64,000 nucleotides of DNA from Tetramitus jugosus. Its lineage: Eukaryota > Protista > Heterolobosea. Below, piece by piece: positions 45,731 to 60,089 of this stretch (the stretch's first letter is position 1; every line of letters begins with the position of its first letter). Below the pieces are notes generated by a model. That model did no database searches, was not told the DNA's origin, and saw only the letters and a list, made by a program, of their open reading frames with translations. Location of the stretch: assembly GCA_937625935.1 (NCBI GenBank), contig OW569375.1, forward strand, positions 248,001-312,000, given 5' to 3'. Made by a program: the position numbers and the translations under genes.

Positions 45731-47878
45731 TTACTTGCTCTTCCAGTGAGAACTCCAGTCGACCTTCTCTTCGAACCATTGGTTGGCTTCTTCTAACTTC
45801 TCCTTTGCCTTGTCCTTGTACTCGCTGGCAGTTTCCTTTACGTCTCTTGCTACTTTCTTCACATCTTTCTTTGTAGTACCCATCAATTGCTGGAACTTTT
45901 GTTCAGCTTCATCCCATGTCTCAGACATCTTTTCCTCCCAATAATCCCTTTGTTTCTTAAAGTACTCATTCAAGTGATAATTGAATGGTTCAAATGCATT
46001 CTTGACTGTTCCGACAAGACTGGATGCAATTTGGTCCTTGATGTATCCTGGGAACAATGTGGTGACAATACTGTCAATGATGCTATGATCGGACTCAATA
46101 ATCTTGATATCCAACGAATCAATGTAAGTCTTCACTTCCTTGAGTTTGACTCTGAATGGTTGATCAGGTTCACTAATGAACGCCCAAGTGAAGCCAAACT
46201 TCAAGCCCTTGATGTAGCAATCAGCGATACCTCTATCTTCAATGCTTGGCAGAGATTTTCTGAGGTAGTGGAACTTGATGCTCTTGAATGCAAGATCAAT
46301 ATCGTCTAATCTCATTTGCAGTTCAGAGTAGAACTCATTGTTCTCAGTGGTTGAGTTGAAATTCAAATCTGAAACAAATCTCAAGTGGAAGTTCTCTGGT
46401 AAGATGCCTCTGCTGTCAAAGTAAACATTCTCAATAGACCAGTCATAGGTGTCATTGGATCCAGAAATCATTGGAAGAGGAATATTAGCCAATCCTTCCT
46501 GCAACAATGGAGAGATCAGCCTCTTGAATTGAATCATTGACTCTTGAGTGATGTAGAGAGATGGCTTGCCATAGTTGTCAGTGACCAAATCCCGAGCAAA
46601 CTTGTTAATGTTGTATTGAAGGTCAGCTGTTTGTTCACTGGCATAATCGAACATGTCATTCAAGTAGTCATAGAGATCATTGAATCTGTCTCCATATTGA
46701 CTGGTCTTTCTGTCGAACAAGCTGTATGATCTGTCCACAAATTGTCTCAATCTTTGTCTCTCAGATTCCTTCTTGAATCTGTCTGGATTTTCAAATGATT
46801 GCTTGATAAATGTCTTCAAGTCAGAGAAGAATGCATTGGCTTGCTTGTCCTTCTTCAAATCCTTCCACAAGCTCCAGAATTCATCCTTGAATCCATTCCA
46901 GTTTTCTTCTCCACAGAATTCACCAATGATATACTCTGCATCACTCAACATCTCATTAAAGTTATCATCGTTCTTAATTGTCAAGTTTGGATCCTTTTGT
47001 AGTTGATCGAATCTCTTGTTGAAGTAGTCAAAGATGTTGAATAGATTGTCAACAACCTTGTCGTACTGTTTGTTGGATGTCAACTTGTAGAGGAGCTTCT
47101 CGAATCTGTCAAAGATTCTGTCCTTGACCTTCTCATCTATGATTCTTCCTTCTTGGACTTCCTTTTGAATGCCCTTCAATACCTTCTTTGTCGATGTGGC
47201 TCCAGTGTCTTCCTTGTTGACATCCTTCTTAATGGCTCTCTTGACTTCCTTCTTGTGTCTCTCGAATTTGCCTCCAATATTTTGGAACAAGACAACAAAA
47301 TCGTCCATCAATTGTCTGAAGTCTCCAGATCGGATCATGTACAGCAGCAAGTCCTTCAAATTATAGATGAGATGCTTTCCTTCTTCTTTGGCGTCATAAG
47401 CAGTACGCTCTAACTTTTTGGCAGCATATTGGGACTTGTCAGCCAAATCCTTTGTAAACTCAGAAGCTTCCTTCAAGAACTTTTGTAATCTCTCATCAGC
47501 ATTCGTATTGTTGAGGAAACTTTTACCAGAATTCAAAATGCTTCTCAAATCTCCAATCAATCTCTTGCCTTGGCTGTTCAAGTTGGCTGAAAAGCTCTGC
47601 TCGAGGAGTGAGCGGTTGGCCTTGTCCAAAAATTCATTCATGGTCTGGTTGCTTGGCAATTCACCTGACAATAGCTTGTGAACTCCTTGAGACACAGAGT
47701 TGTCCAACAAGTTGGATGCATCAATCTCAAATGAGGATTCTCCACTCGAAAATTGCTTCGAGGACAGTGTTGGAGGAGGAACGAGAGGTGCCTTGCTTTC
47801 AAGTTTTCCTTCAGTTGCATAGGCCGCTGCTTCATTCCAAGTGAAGAGTGAATTTTGTCCTAATTGTGACTCTACCAT
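45731..47878 (-). CDS. HAM1-like (DUF5923/DUF4449) helical plus BPI/TULIP-like protein
   Basis: GELPSNQT...LNSQGKRLIGDLR...NADERLQKFL N-terminus; IPLPMISG...ILPENF...FHYLRKSLPSIEDRGIAD...IIESDHSII C-terminal domain. Confidence 0.65.
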   Translation of the reverse strand: MVESQLGQNSLFTWNEAAAYATEGKLESKAPLVPPPTLSSKQFSSGESSFEIDASNLLDNSVSQGVHKLLSGELPSNQTMNEFLDKANRSLLEQSFSANLNSQGKRLIGDLRSILNSGKSFLNNTNADERLQKFLKEASEFTKDLADKSQYAAKKLERTAYDAKEEGKHLIYNLKDLLLYMIRSGDFRQLMDDFVVLFQNIGGKFERHKKEVKRAIKKDVNKEDTGATSTKKVLKGIQKEVQEGRIIDEKVKDRIFDRFEKLLYKLTSNKQYDKVVDNLFNIFDYFNKRFDQLQKDPNLTIKNDDNFNEMLSDAEYIIGEFCGEENWNGFKDEFWSLWKDLKKDKQANAFFSDLKTFIKQSFENPDRFKKESERQRLRQFVDRSYSLFDRKTSQYGDRFNDLYDYLNDMFDYASEQTADLQYNINKFARDLVTDNYGKPSLYITQESMIQFKRLISPLLQEGLANIPLPMISGSNDTYDWSIENVYFDSRGILPENFHLRFVSDLNFNSTTENNEFYSELQMRLDDIDLAFKSIKFHYLRKSLPSIEDRGIADCYIKGLKFGFTWAFISEPDQPFRVKLKEVKTYIDSLDIKIIESDHSIIDSIVTTLFPGYIKDQIASSLVGTVKNAFEPFNYHLNEYFKKQRDYWEEKMSETWDEAEQKFQQLMGTTKKDVKKVARDVKETASEYKDKAKEKLEEANQWFEEKVDWSSHWKSK

Positions 47879-48316
47879 GTTTGTTGTGTGGGATCAGTGT
47901 GTGAATATACGTTATGTACAAGTGAGTTGTTTTGTTGTGATTGTGGTATGTATGGGATGAGAAGAGACACTGGCGTTAAGTAAGCGACGAAAGAGTGGGT
48001 CACGGATCAGCGTTGATAAGACATAAATAACATTTTTGTGGGCTAAGGTTGACCAGTTATGTGACCACGTGGGGGAGCTAAATCATCCAAACTTACTTGA
48101 ATCTGGAGGATGATTATTTTTGTATTTTTCACTTGGTTGATCACAAATGTTTTTGTAAATGTGATTTGTTGTTTTGGCGCGGTATTTTTTTGTGTTGGAT
48201 ATCGGCGCCAAATTGACATCTTCCAACGAGAAAAATCCCATCACCTGTGCAGTTCTTCAATCGAGAACTCAACAAAATAAAGCAAAGCACAAAGACAGGT
48301 TCCTTGAGACCCCAGC

Positions 48317-51300
48317 ATGTTCAAACAGAGAAAAGTCATGAGTCGCAAGATGGGTGGATTGCCTCCCAAAACACCCGACATACTGCCCACCATCAAGAGC
48401 TACAGTCAATTTATCCAAGATTACAATCAACAGAGTCTCGTGTTGTTGAATCGTGATGACCCACATGTGAAAATCTATTCTACAACGAGTACATCCACTA
48501 GTACCCCCAAAACGAATTCTCAAGTCCTTGTGTTTGTTCATCAAGTCGTGTTAGCTTCCACTGCTGTGAGTTCGCCGTCTGAACCAAAGATCAAACAGAA
48601 AGTGTTCAACGACTATAGCGATTTTTTTACAAGAGACTTGCATAGTGATTATGACGACTTTGATGAGGCAAGCAGTAGTAGTGTTGCATTTGATGAATTT
48701 GCTCAGATGCCAATGGCTCAAATGGATGTGGCAACGAATGCTTATCAGATGGAAGGATATGGCGGCGAGTCGTTTGGAATACACAAGACTATGCAGAAAA
48801 CGAGCAAGAAGAATAGCAAGGGAAAGACTAAAGCAAAGAGAAGAATGAGCTTTGATGGTGACAGTGATTACACCGATGGCAGTGATGACAAGAGTAAGGA
48901 TGCGAACAAAGATCCTAGAAAGTATTTATCGAACTTTTGCAGAAGCGAGATTAAAAAGAAGAGCAATGGAGATGATTCCTATTTGATACAGTACGATGAC
49001 ATTTATGAGCGAGTTGATGAGTTTGAAGGATTAATTACTTTTTATTCAGTTGTTAAGTCTGATCGGTATTTGATTTCAAAATTTGTGAATTCGAAAGTGA
49101 TGACTCTATCACAGTACATGGTGAAACAAAGTGATCACATGTCTCCATCGAGTGAGTGGGATTCGATATTGAGGGGAGTTTTATTGGGATTACAGTTTAT
49201 TCATGATAGTATTGGATCAGTGCACAAGAATTTGACACCTGATTCGATATTTTGTCTGTTAAATCATAATAATGGACTGGATCGAGTTGTTATTGGAAAC
49301 TATGGAGCTGGCTTCGAGACTGTCATTCATGATTATCTTCCAAATGATGAATATGTTTCTGAGAACGTGGAACGAGATGGATACACAAAATACAACTCTG
49401 ATATATATGGTTTTGGTGTGATAGCGTTACAATTGATAACCGGACTGTCTAGCACAGAGGTTGTACAAACTGTGCACTATGAGAGGAAGAATAAGAATGA
49501 AATATTAGATAGTTTCTATCACTCTTTTCAGGAGCTAAATCATTTTGTAGATGGAGCACAAGATAGGATAGCAATGTATGTCAGGTGTATTGATATGAGC
49601 ATTGTCGATCATGAGTTGAGAAATGCCATATCAGAACAGAAGGAGATGGATGAAGATGGTGAAGATAACTTGTTCTTGGCTAATGCTTCATCCATGGCGC
49701 GCGAGAGTACCATCACTCAACATTCAGTCTCACTGCTTGATGGCGAGGGATTTATGAAACAAGAAAGGGCCATCCCTACTAGGAAACATACATACGATGC
49801 GCAGTCAACAAACACTTCTAGTAGATCTGCGAGCAGAAAGAAAGATACTTACGATGCACAACCAATGAGTTCTAGTGTGTCAGATGATAGAAAGAAGAAT
49901 TTGCATGACAACACTCGTGATCGTTTCAATAGAAATGACACAATGGTTGATTCATTAGCAATAAGAAATTCTTACGTTGCAAAACCAATGAGTTCCAGTG
50001 TGTCATATGAGGCGCAGGCAAGTAGTAATGTCACTCAAAGTTCACTGCTTGGCGACGAGGGATTTATGCAAGAAAAAGTTTCAAGGAGTTCTGCTATGAG
50101 AGAGAATGATTCTTACAATGCAAAATCAGAGAGCTCCAGTGCGTCATACAATGAGAAGAAGAGGAAGATACATGACAAGGATATTTTGAATGAAATTTGT
50201 ATGTTGGAGAGAATGGACTTGGATGATCATTCATTGGAGGTAGACGCCAAAGTCTACTACAAATCATCTCATCGAAAGAAGAGAGCGGCTGGGTTCAATT
50301 GTTTCTCCTGCATATTTTCATGTTTTTCAGCTCCATGTCAGCTCATAAGCTGTTGCATTCCTTCATATTCTATGAGATCGAGTGGTGATCGAGCAAGTGT
50401 ACCTGCTACTGTTGTAGCAAATGACAACATCGTAGCTCCATTTCAGATAGATGCTCCTGTTATTCCTAAAGATATGAATTTGGAACAAAAGAATAAGTAT
50501 AAAGTGAAATAGAGAATTGGATCTGGAGCACAGGGACTTTGTCTGTTAGTGGAATATGAGTCACAAGAGTATGTGATGAAGAGATATGCTGCAGGAGTTG
50601 ATGGTGAATATTACCAAGAAGTATGTTTATGATTTTAATTTCTTGTTCGATTAATCGACACATCTAACATGAGTTTCTTCTTTACTAGCTTCGTGTACTA
50701 CAATCTCTGCAACACGAAAACATTGCCCAGTTTTGTGAAGCAATAGAAGTCATCGACGAGTATAACAGTCATACAAAATATATTGTCATGCACTACTACA
50801 ACAAAGGAGATCTACAACGATTCATGAAGAAATATCATTCCAAAAAGCCGTTGACCTTCGAAGTAAGTCACTTCTCCTCGTGTGTTTTCCTATGATTCCG
50901 TTGATTAACCACCCTCTTCTTTTGCTTAACAGAAATTAAGATTGTACATGACCCAAATGATGAAAGGCGTAAGTCACCTGCATGAAAACAAGTACATCCA
51001 TCGGGATTTGAAGCCTGCAAACATACTATTGTCAGACAAGAATCTGGTAATCGCAGACTTTGGCTTCACAACCCACGAATCAAATCTAAATCCAATTTTG
51101 GGTGGTACGCCCGCATATATGGCTCCAGAGCAATCTCCACAGCATTCAGGTGACTATAAGATTGATGTCTGGGCTTGTGGATGTATTGCATTTGAGCTGA
51201 TCACTCGCTCAGTGAAGCAAATGCGGAAATTGAGTGAATCGAGCGGTAACAATCCCCTTTGGTTCAAGGACCTTTGGACCCTGCATGTGTCACAGAACGA

Positions 51301-51436
51301 AGAAATTCAAAATCTTTATCCTCAGGGAGTAATGGATTGTCTTGTGTCGATGCTTCAAGTAGATCCAAACAAACGAATTTCAGCTCAAGACAGTTTACAA
51401 CAATGGACTTCCCTCGGACCCCTTGATGGTTCATAG
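48317..51436 (+). CDS. Pseudokinase plus Ser/Thr kinase gene interrupted by in-frame TAG (50510-50512); exons 48317-50620, 50689-50862, 50933-51436
   Basis: Domain 1 is degenerate (VHKNLTPDSI, IGNYG, SDIYGFG). Domain 2 reads KYKVK*RIGSGAQG, YVMK, E, HENI, HRDLKPAN, DFG, GTPAYMAPE, DVWACG. Canonical introns lie at 50621-50688 and 50863-50932. Confidence 0.8.
49711..50145 (+). repeat. Internal duplications in the kinase linker
   Basis: SLL(DG/GD)EGFM occurs twice (about 49711-49768 and 50029-50078). A YDAQPMSSSVS-like unit occurs four times, with DNA-level similarity (CCAATGAGTTCYAGTGTGTCA). Confidence 0.75.
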
Positions 51437-51462
51437 AAAATTTTGGTGGCAATGTACGATCT

Positions 51463-54884
<3,422 letters not shown>

Positions 54885-55357
54885 ATTCTGGCGTTTTTGT
54901 GATTGTGTGTTTTTGGTTTGTTGGTTGGTCGTGAGAATTGCTTTGTTCTTCTTGGTGTGACAGAAACCCTTGGAAATGGTCTCTATGTTTGTGACTGTTG
55001 GGATGTTGGAACTGCCAATTTCTTTTGGGATGACGTTGACATCTGACAAGAACTTCATCTACAGTGAAATGGCGAAGTTTCGGAAATTTGATACCAAAGT
55101 TTGGAAGAATTTTCACCATTGATTGGAGTATGGTTTCATAATCTTTCCCACCACTACCAGTGAAAAAACAATTGCTCTCGAGCGGAGAAAAGTTGGTCAA
55201 CCAACCTATTTAGGTCACTTAAGTTTTTTCAGAAACCTTAATTTCCATAAATAACACCAAAGACTTAGTGTTTTAAAAGAACAACAACTCAAGAAACGAT
55301 CTCAAGATCAATCAACAAAATATTTCTTCAAAAAGAAAGTACAATCAAAACAACAAG

Positions 55358-56461
55358 ATGGTAGAAGCAAGATTTATTGACAGAAACAAGAGAGAATTTG
55401 TCCCGACCGAAACTTTTGACAGATCCAAGTTTGTTTCATCTTCTTATGTCGGCTTGGTCCGACCAATAGAAACGGATCCAACCAACACGTTTATCCCCAA
55501 AGAGAAGCTAATATTTGGAGTTGCTCCTACAGGCATTACCACAACAACACCCTTGTTGACACCCATTGAACAAAGTGAATGTGAAACCATCAGAGAGTTG
55601 CTAACAGATGACACCTTCTTGCACAATGCCTATGACAGGTCAACCAACGAGCACATTGTGTTCCACGGTGGAGACGAATACCTTCGTAAGGAAGACATTT
55701 GGCATCAAGTGGACAAGGTTGAAAAACAGGTGGAGGACACTGTCGATCGAACAAAGGACGCGTGGAGCACCACCTATCACAATGTAGAACAAAAGGTCAG
55801 GGAGGTGGGAGACCAGACCAAAGAAGCATTGATTGGAGCTCGTGATAGAATACAACACGACATCAACACTGTCAGACACAATGCAAGGAACAAGTTCGAT
55901 GAGGCAAAGGAGCACTGGTCTGAAACATTCGAAGGAACATTGAAAACTGATCGAACACCTGAGACTGATTCAACCTTGGAGGACACTCACAAGACAATGA
56001 ACAAGTTCAGGCAGGAGGAACACTTGACCAAGACAATTGAAGAACAGTTGAGACCTGATACGATGGGCTTGGTCGGAGAGGCACCCTATCCCTATGGAGA
56101 AGCAAAGACCACTGATGATGTCTTATCCGAGACGACAACTACCTTTGATAAGGTCACCACTGCGGTGCCAGTCTCAAGAAGGGGCAGAGAGGAACTGCGT
56201 CAGTACACTTCGACCGAGTACGCCAACGTCAAACAACCATTTACACAAAAGGTGTTTGAACCAAAGCAAGAAGTTTCTCTGACACAAATCTTGACAGAGG
56301 AGAAGCCAATTGTAATTGAGGAGGAAATTGTAATTGTCAGAAAGGATCCAATGTCTGTTCTCAAATCTGAATACAAGCACATGGACGATGTAGAGGACTT
56401 GTTGTACACTTTTGGTGATTTGGAACCAACTATTCACATGTGGAGACAGGGTAGAAAGTAA
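55358..56461 (+). CDS. Hypothetical hydrophilic protein with LEA-like amphipathic segment
   Basis: 367-aa ORF, E/T/K-rich; VEDTVDRTKDAW...VGDQTKEAL...KFDEAKEHW. Confidence 0.6.
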   Translation: MVEARFIDRNKREFVPTETFDRSKFVSSSYVGLVRPIETDPTNTFIPKEKLIFGVAPTGITTTTPLLTPIEQSECETIRELLTDDTFLHNAYDRSTNEHIVFHGGDEYLRKEDIWHQVDKVEKQVEDTVDRTKDAWSTTYHNVEQKVREVGDQTKEALIGARDRIQHDINTVRHNARNKFDEAKEHWSETFEGTLKTDRTPETDSTLEDTHKTMNKFRQEEHLTKTIEEQLRPDTMGLVGEAPYPYGEAKTTDDVLSETTTTFDKVTTAVPVSRRGREELRQYTSTEYANVKQPFTQKVFEPKQEVSLTQILTEEKPIVIEEEIVIVRKDPMSVLKSEYKHMDDVEDLLYTFGDLEPTIHMWRQGRK

Positions 56462-56762
56462 AATCTTTCACACCTGAAATCATGATGAGATTTTCATAAT
56501 GTATCATAATTAATCCAGACTATAAAACCCGAGCAAATATTCATAAAAACAAAAATCAAGTAAACAACTTGTTTCTCGATGTTGTTGTATTGTGTGGATT
56601 CCAATCTGCGAAATGAATTGTTGAATTGTTGTTGTTGATAGACAACAACCTATATAAATAAAGAACTAGTAGTAGAAATGTACAGCTATAGTAGTAGGTA
56701 CACAACTGTGTGATACATGAGGTTGCAACAGCTCCGGGCATTGCGTGTTGTGTAAATGTTGA

Positions 56763-58157
56763 TTAGTCGTACATGGTTCCATAGCTGCTATCACGTCGCT
56801 CACGATTCATCAAGAAGGATCGATGAACAGGATCGACGCTGAACGTGTTATCATCATCTGCTGACAGTGATCTCTCAAATGTTATTGGTGAATCGTATCC
56901 CTTCCTAACGACCAATCTCTCCGTATCGACATCCGAATCATCATTGTTCACTGTTGATCGTTCGTGCCTTGCATGGGCAGAAGAGGAGGAACCAAACAGA
57001 GAAGAGTACTCGGATGCAGACAGCATGGAAGGAGAGGACGATGAGGACATTGATTCCACAGAGTCTCTCTTGTGAACGGATGGTGCCATGAGGAACACAA
57101 CAATTCCAATCGGAATGCAATCTGCAGTGAAATCCACAAAACTAATAATCAAGTAAAAATCGTCCAAACAGAGAGCCCAATCCGAGAGATCCAACACAAC
57201 CAAGCACAAATTCCACACCAACTTGACCATGATGATAAAACTAATGAGAGCAGTGGCATTACGAACCTTTTTCGTTTCATAGATATTGGCCAGGTGAACC
57301 ACAGAAAATCCGTTCCACATCTTTGACCGCACATAGAGACCCCACACAAGAAAGAACAGCATGAGTGACACGACCAGAACACACTGATAGATTCGATTGC
57401 AGCTCATGAGCACAAAAAAGGCACTGGATCGACCTGTTACTGCACCCATGATCAACATGGTTGACACCACAATCATAAACGTCACTTGAAGCAAATGGAG
57501 GAACACATTGAGACCAATGAGAATTCTTTGAGACTTTGCCAGTGCACTCTTGACCGTAGACTCACCCATACCGTACGCAAACATCAAATTCTGACTCCAA
57601 TAAATGGACAAGACACAAAACGCACTATAAAAGAAGCAACTTGCCCAATGATAACACAAATTGGATATTCCACTCAAGTACCACGATTTTCCATCCATTG
57701 GAATCGTATGTAACGCAATATATCCCTTCTCTGCTATGCCTACACCAAAAAAGATGACTTTTCCCACACAAAACAACAAGATACAGACATAGAACCAGAG
57801 TCGCGTCGATCGAAACACAAAATATCGATTTCTTGGCTTGAAAATTGTTAATCGACACAGTGAAACAAACGCCCACAGTGCAATCAAGCCAAACAACACT
57901 GCCATGATACAACTACTGACCAATGGAAGTGATTTTCCAAATTGTCCATGTAGTGTAAACACGTCAAAACACTGAGTGGCATTGTGTCTTGTTCTATTGT
58001 TGTTTCGATCAAAGAGATCAAAGTGAAGTGAGAGGAAGGGATTTGCTGTCGAGTCTAATGATAATTCTTCTTGTGGTGATAGTTGTGAGAGTAGTAGTTG
58101 ACGTTGGATGAGCAGTAGTAGCGGTGTTGGTGAGACATTGCTGCTGTGTTGAGCCAT
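56763..58157 (-). CDS. Seven-transmembrane protein (THH1/TOM1/GPR137-like) with Ser-rich cytosolic tail
   Basis: About seven hydrophobic segments; CFFYSAFCVLSIYW motif; DCIPIGIVVFLM in the last TM. Confidence 0.65.
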   Translation of the reverse strand: MAQHSSNVSPTPLLLLIQRQLLLSQLSPQEELSLDSTANPFLSLHFDLFDRNNNRTRHNATQCFDVFTLHGQFGKSLPLVSSCIMAVLFGLIALWAFVSLCRLTIFKPRNRYFVFRSTRLWFYVCILLFCVGKVIFFGVGIAEKGYIALHTIPMDGKSWYLSGISNLCYHWASCFFYSAFCVLSIYWSQNLMFAYGMGESTVKSALAKSQRILIGLNVFLHLLQVTFMIVVSTMLIMGAVTGRSSAFFVLMSCNRIYQCVLVVSLMLFFLVWGLYVRSKMWNGFSVVHLANIYETKKVRNATALISFIIMVKLVWNLCLVVLDLSDWALCLDDFYLIISFVDFTADCIPIGIVVFLMAPSVHKRDSVESMSSSSSPSMLSASEYSSLFGSSSSAHARHERSTVNNDDSDVDTERLVVRKGYDSPITFERSLSADDDNTFSVDPVHRSFLMNRERRDSSYGTMYD

Positions 58158-58333
58158 GTGAGCTTTTTTTGGGAGTGGAAAGCTTCTTGGGTTGTTTTGG
58201 CGCTCTTTTTTTCGTGATTTTGTAAATCTCCGATTCTTGTCACCTGTCGATGTACCTACTGGGCAAAGTTTCGATGTTGTATGCAGGGATAAGAAATGAT
58301 TTATTCACAGGATGAAAAACTCAGTGAATACAC

Positions 58334-59284
58334 TCAGTGTTCTGCCCAACATCCTTGGTGCAAATCGCGATACAAGTTAATTTGTTGGTTCATTGCAGGC
58401 ATCAACACAAGTGTAATAGCTGGATGAACCTCCAAATCGATCGCCATCTTCACATCACACTCAATATCCAAGTGATAATTACTCTTGATCAGAGATCCTT
58501 CAGTCGATGGATACACGTTTGGATTCAACATAAATTTCAACACATCGGTCAATGTGCTCTTGCCCTTGACACCAGGGAACGTTTGTCTGAACACTTCAAT
58601 CGTTTTGGTTTCTCTGCGATGTTTGCATGACACCTTGACATCTTGCATGAGCTTCACCTTTAGTGCAACAACATCCTTCTTGGTTTCATTGTTGACATGG
58701 ACCTTGATAGGAATACATTCGTGCGTTGCAAAAATGTCCTTCTCCATCTCAACGCTCATCTTGAGCTTTCCCTTTGCCAACAAGAATCCCTTCTCGTTTG
58801 CTACATGAATAGGTTTCGTGAATTTTGTGCATGATGGCACCATGACAATTTGCTTCTTGTCCTTGGCAATATCCTTGCCATGATTCTCAAGCAAGACCTT
58901 TGCCTTGTAAATAATCGCCGCCGTAATCGAACCGTCCTTGTATGAAAATACTCCGGGCAGGTCGTGAGGCACTTGGAATTGGAGCGGGAATTCATAAGTT
59001 CCTGGTTGGACGAAACCATCGGGGAAGTAACCGACATTTTGCTTGGTGTTGAAAAAGACTTTTTCTTCCTTGACGACACGAGGGACCATTCTGACCGTTG
59101 TTTGTCCATTGATGTGAACAGTTTCTGTATCAGTGTAAGCTACTCTTGTTCTCTCAAAGCCCTTCCACTTGATTCTCACTTCGTTGGCCTGCACAGGAGC
59201 AGATGACGCGATAATCACTTTTCCAGTAATGACTTCTCCAGCGACAAAGTATGGTTTGTCAAGGTGCAAATTGATGGTGCTCAT
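58334..59284 (-). CDS. Arrestin-domain protein (arrestin_N plus arrestin_C)
   Basis: LDKPYFVAGEVITGKV, KGFER, PGTYEFPLQFQVPHDLPG, IIYKAK, PSTEGSLIKSNYHL. Confidence 0.88.
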   Translation of the reverse strand: MSTINLHLDKPYFVAGEVITGKVIIASSAPVQANEVRIKWKGFERTRVAYTDTETVHINGQTTVRMVPRVVKEEKVFFNTKQNVGYFPDGFVQPGTYEFPLQFQVPHDLPGVFSYKDGSITAAIIYKAKVLLENHGKDIAKDKKQIVMVPSCTKFTKPIHVANEKGFLLAKGKLKMSVEMEKDIFATHECIPIKVHVNNETKKDVVALKVKLMQDVKVSCKHRRETKTIEVFRQTFPGVKGKSTLTDVLKFMLNPNVYPSTEGSLIKSNYHLDIECDVKMAIDLEVHPAITLVLMPAMNQQINLYRDLHQGCWAEH

Positions 59285-59582
59285 GGTTTCGTTTGTTTGG
59301 TTGTGTTTTTGATTTTATTCACAAGGATTAAGCTTGTTTTGTGTTTGTTGTGTAACATGTCGCAGCTGGATGCGGGACAGCCTTCATGTTTTGTGATAGC
59401 AAGTTCCTCTTGAGAACTTTGATATCGTGAGACGAATCGCAAATCTGTTCGCCCTTGATGAATTACACGGAAAGCGCAATGGCCATCGACTTGCGAGTTG
59501 GAAACAACTTCGGTGTGTACAAATTGGGAATTTCGCACACGAGTGGGCCAGTTCCTGTTTGTTTCTAAAAACAGAGCGATAC

Positions 59583-59924
59583 CTAGTCTATCACGCAGTC
59601 CATGCCGTAGTGAAACAATAATTCTAGTTCGGTTTTTGGCACGAGGCTCATTTGGCCCACTCGAGTTCTTCTGAGTTGAGCAGCTTTTTGACTGTATGTT
59701 CTCCGTGTGGACTGCTGATCACAGACACCAGTGTACAGGTGACTGTAGCGTCCTATGGCATCAGAGTACGCTCCTTTGGATTCATTAGTGTTGGGTATGC
59801 TCTGATCGACTAATTGTGAAAGGGAACATTGTCGGGTCAGGTTTCTCCTTCGGTGCTTGGTTGCAGTTTTCTTTCCTTGGCGCAGTTTCCTGCTATATCT
59901 TCTTCTGTTGCTAAATCCTGACAT
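59583..59924 (-). CDS. Small basic hypothetical protein or decayed ORF
   Basis: 113-aa ATG ORF after an ACA-rich leader, filling an otherwise long gap; no family recognised. Confidence 0.3.
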   Translation of the reverse strand: MSGFSNRRRYSRKLRQGKKTATKHRRRNLTRQCSLSQLVDQSIPNTNESKGAYSDAIGRYSHLYTGVCDQQSTRRTYSQKAAQLRRTRVGQMSLVPKTELELLFHYGMDCVID

Positions 59925-60089
59925 GGATCTCTTTTTCGGTGTGCTTCTTGTTGTTGTTGTGATTGTCTGTTATTTCGTCAAGGAATTGGTCCTTTTATTG
60001 GGACTTCTTCCGTGAGTTCGGGTTTTCATGTTCTTTTTCACTTCGAGATTGAGGCAGAAGTAATTCGTGCCTTTGCAAAGGAAAAGACT

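Noticed and set aside
54885-55200. Extra N-terminal PI3K coding region or upstream gene relic
   Set aside because: No recognisable domain; the ACA-rich leader right before ATG 54884 matches other 5' UTRs in the window.
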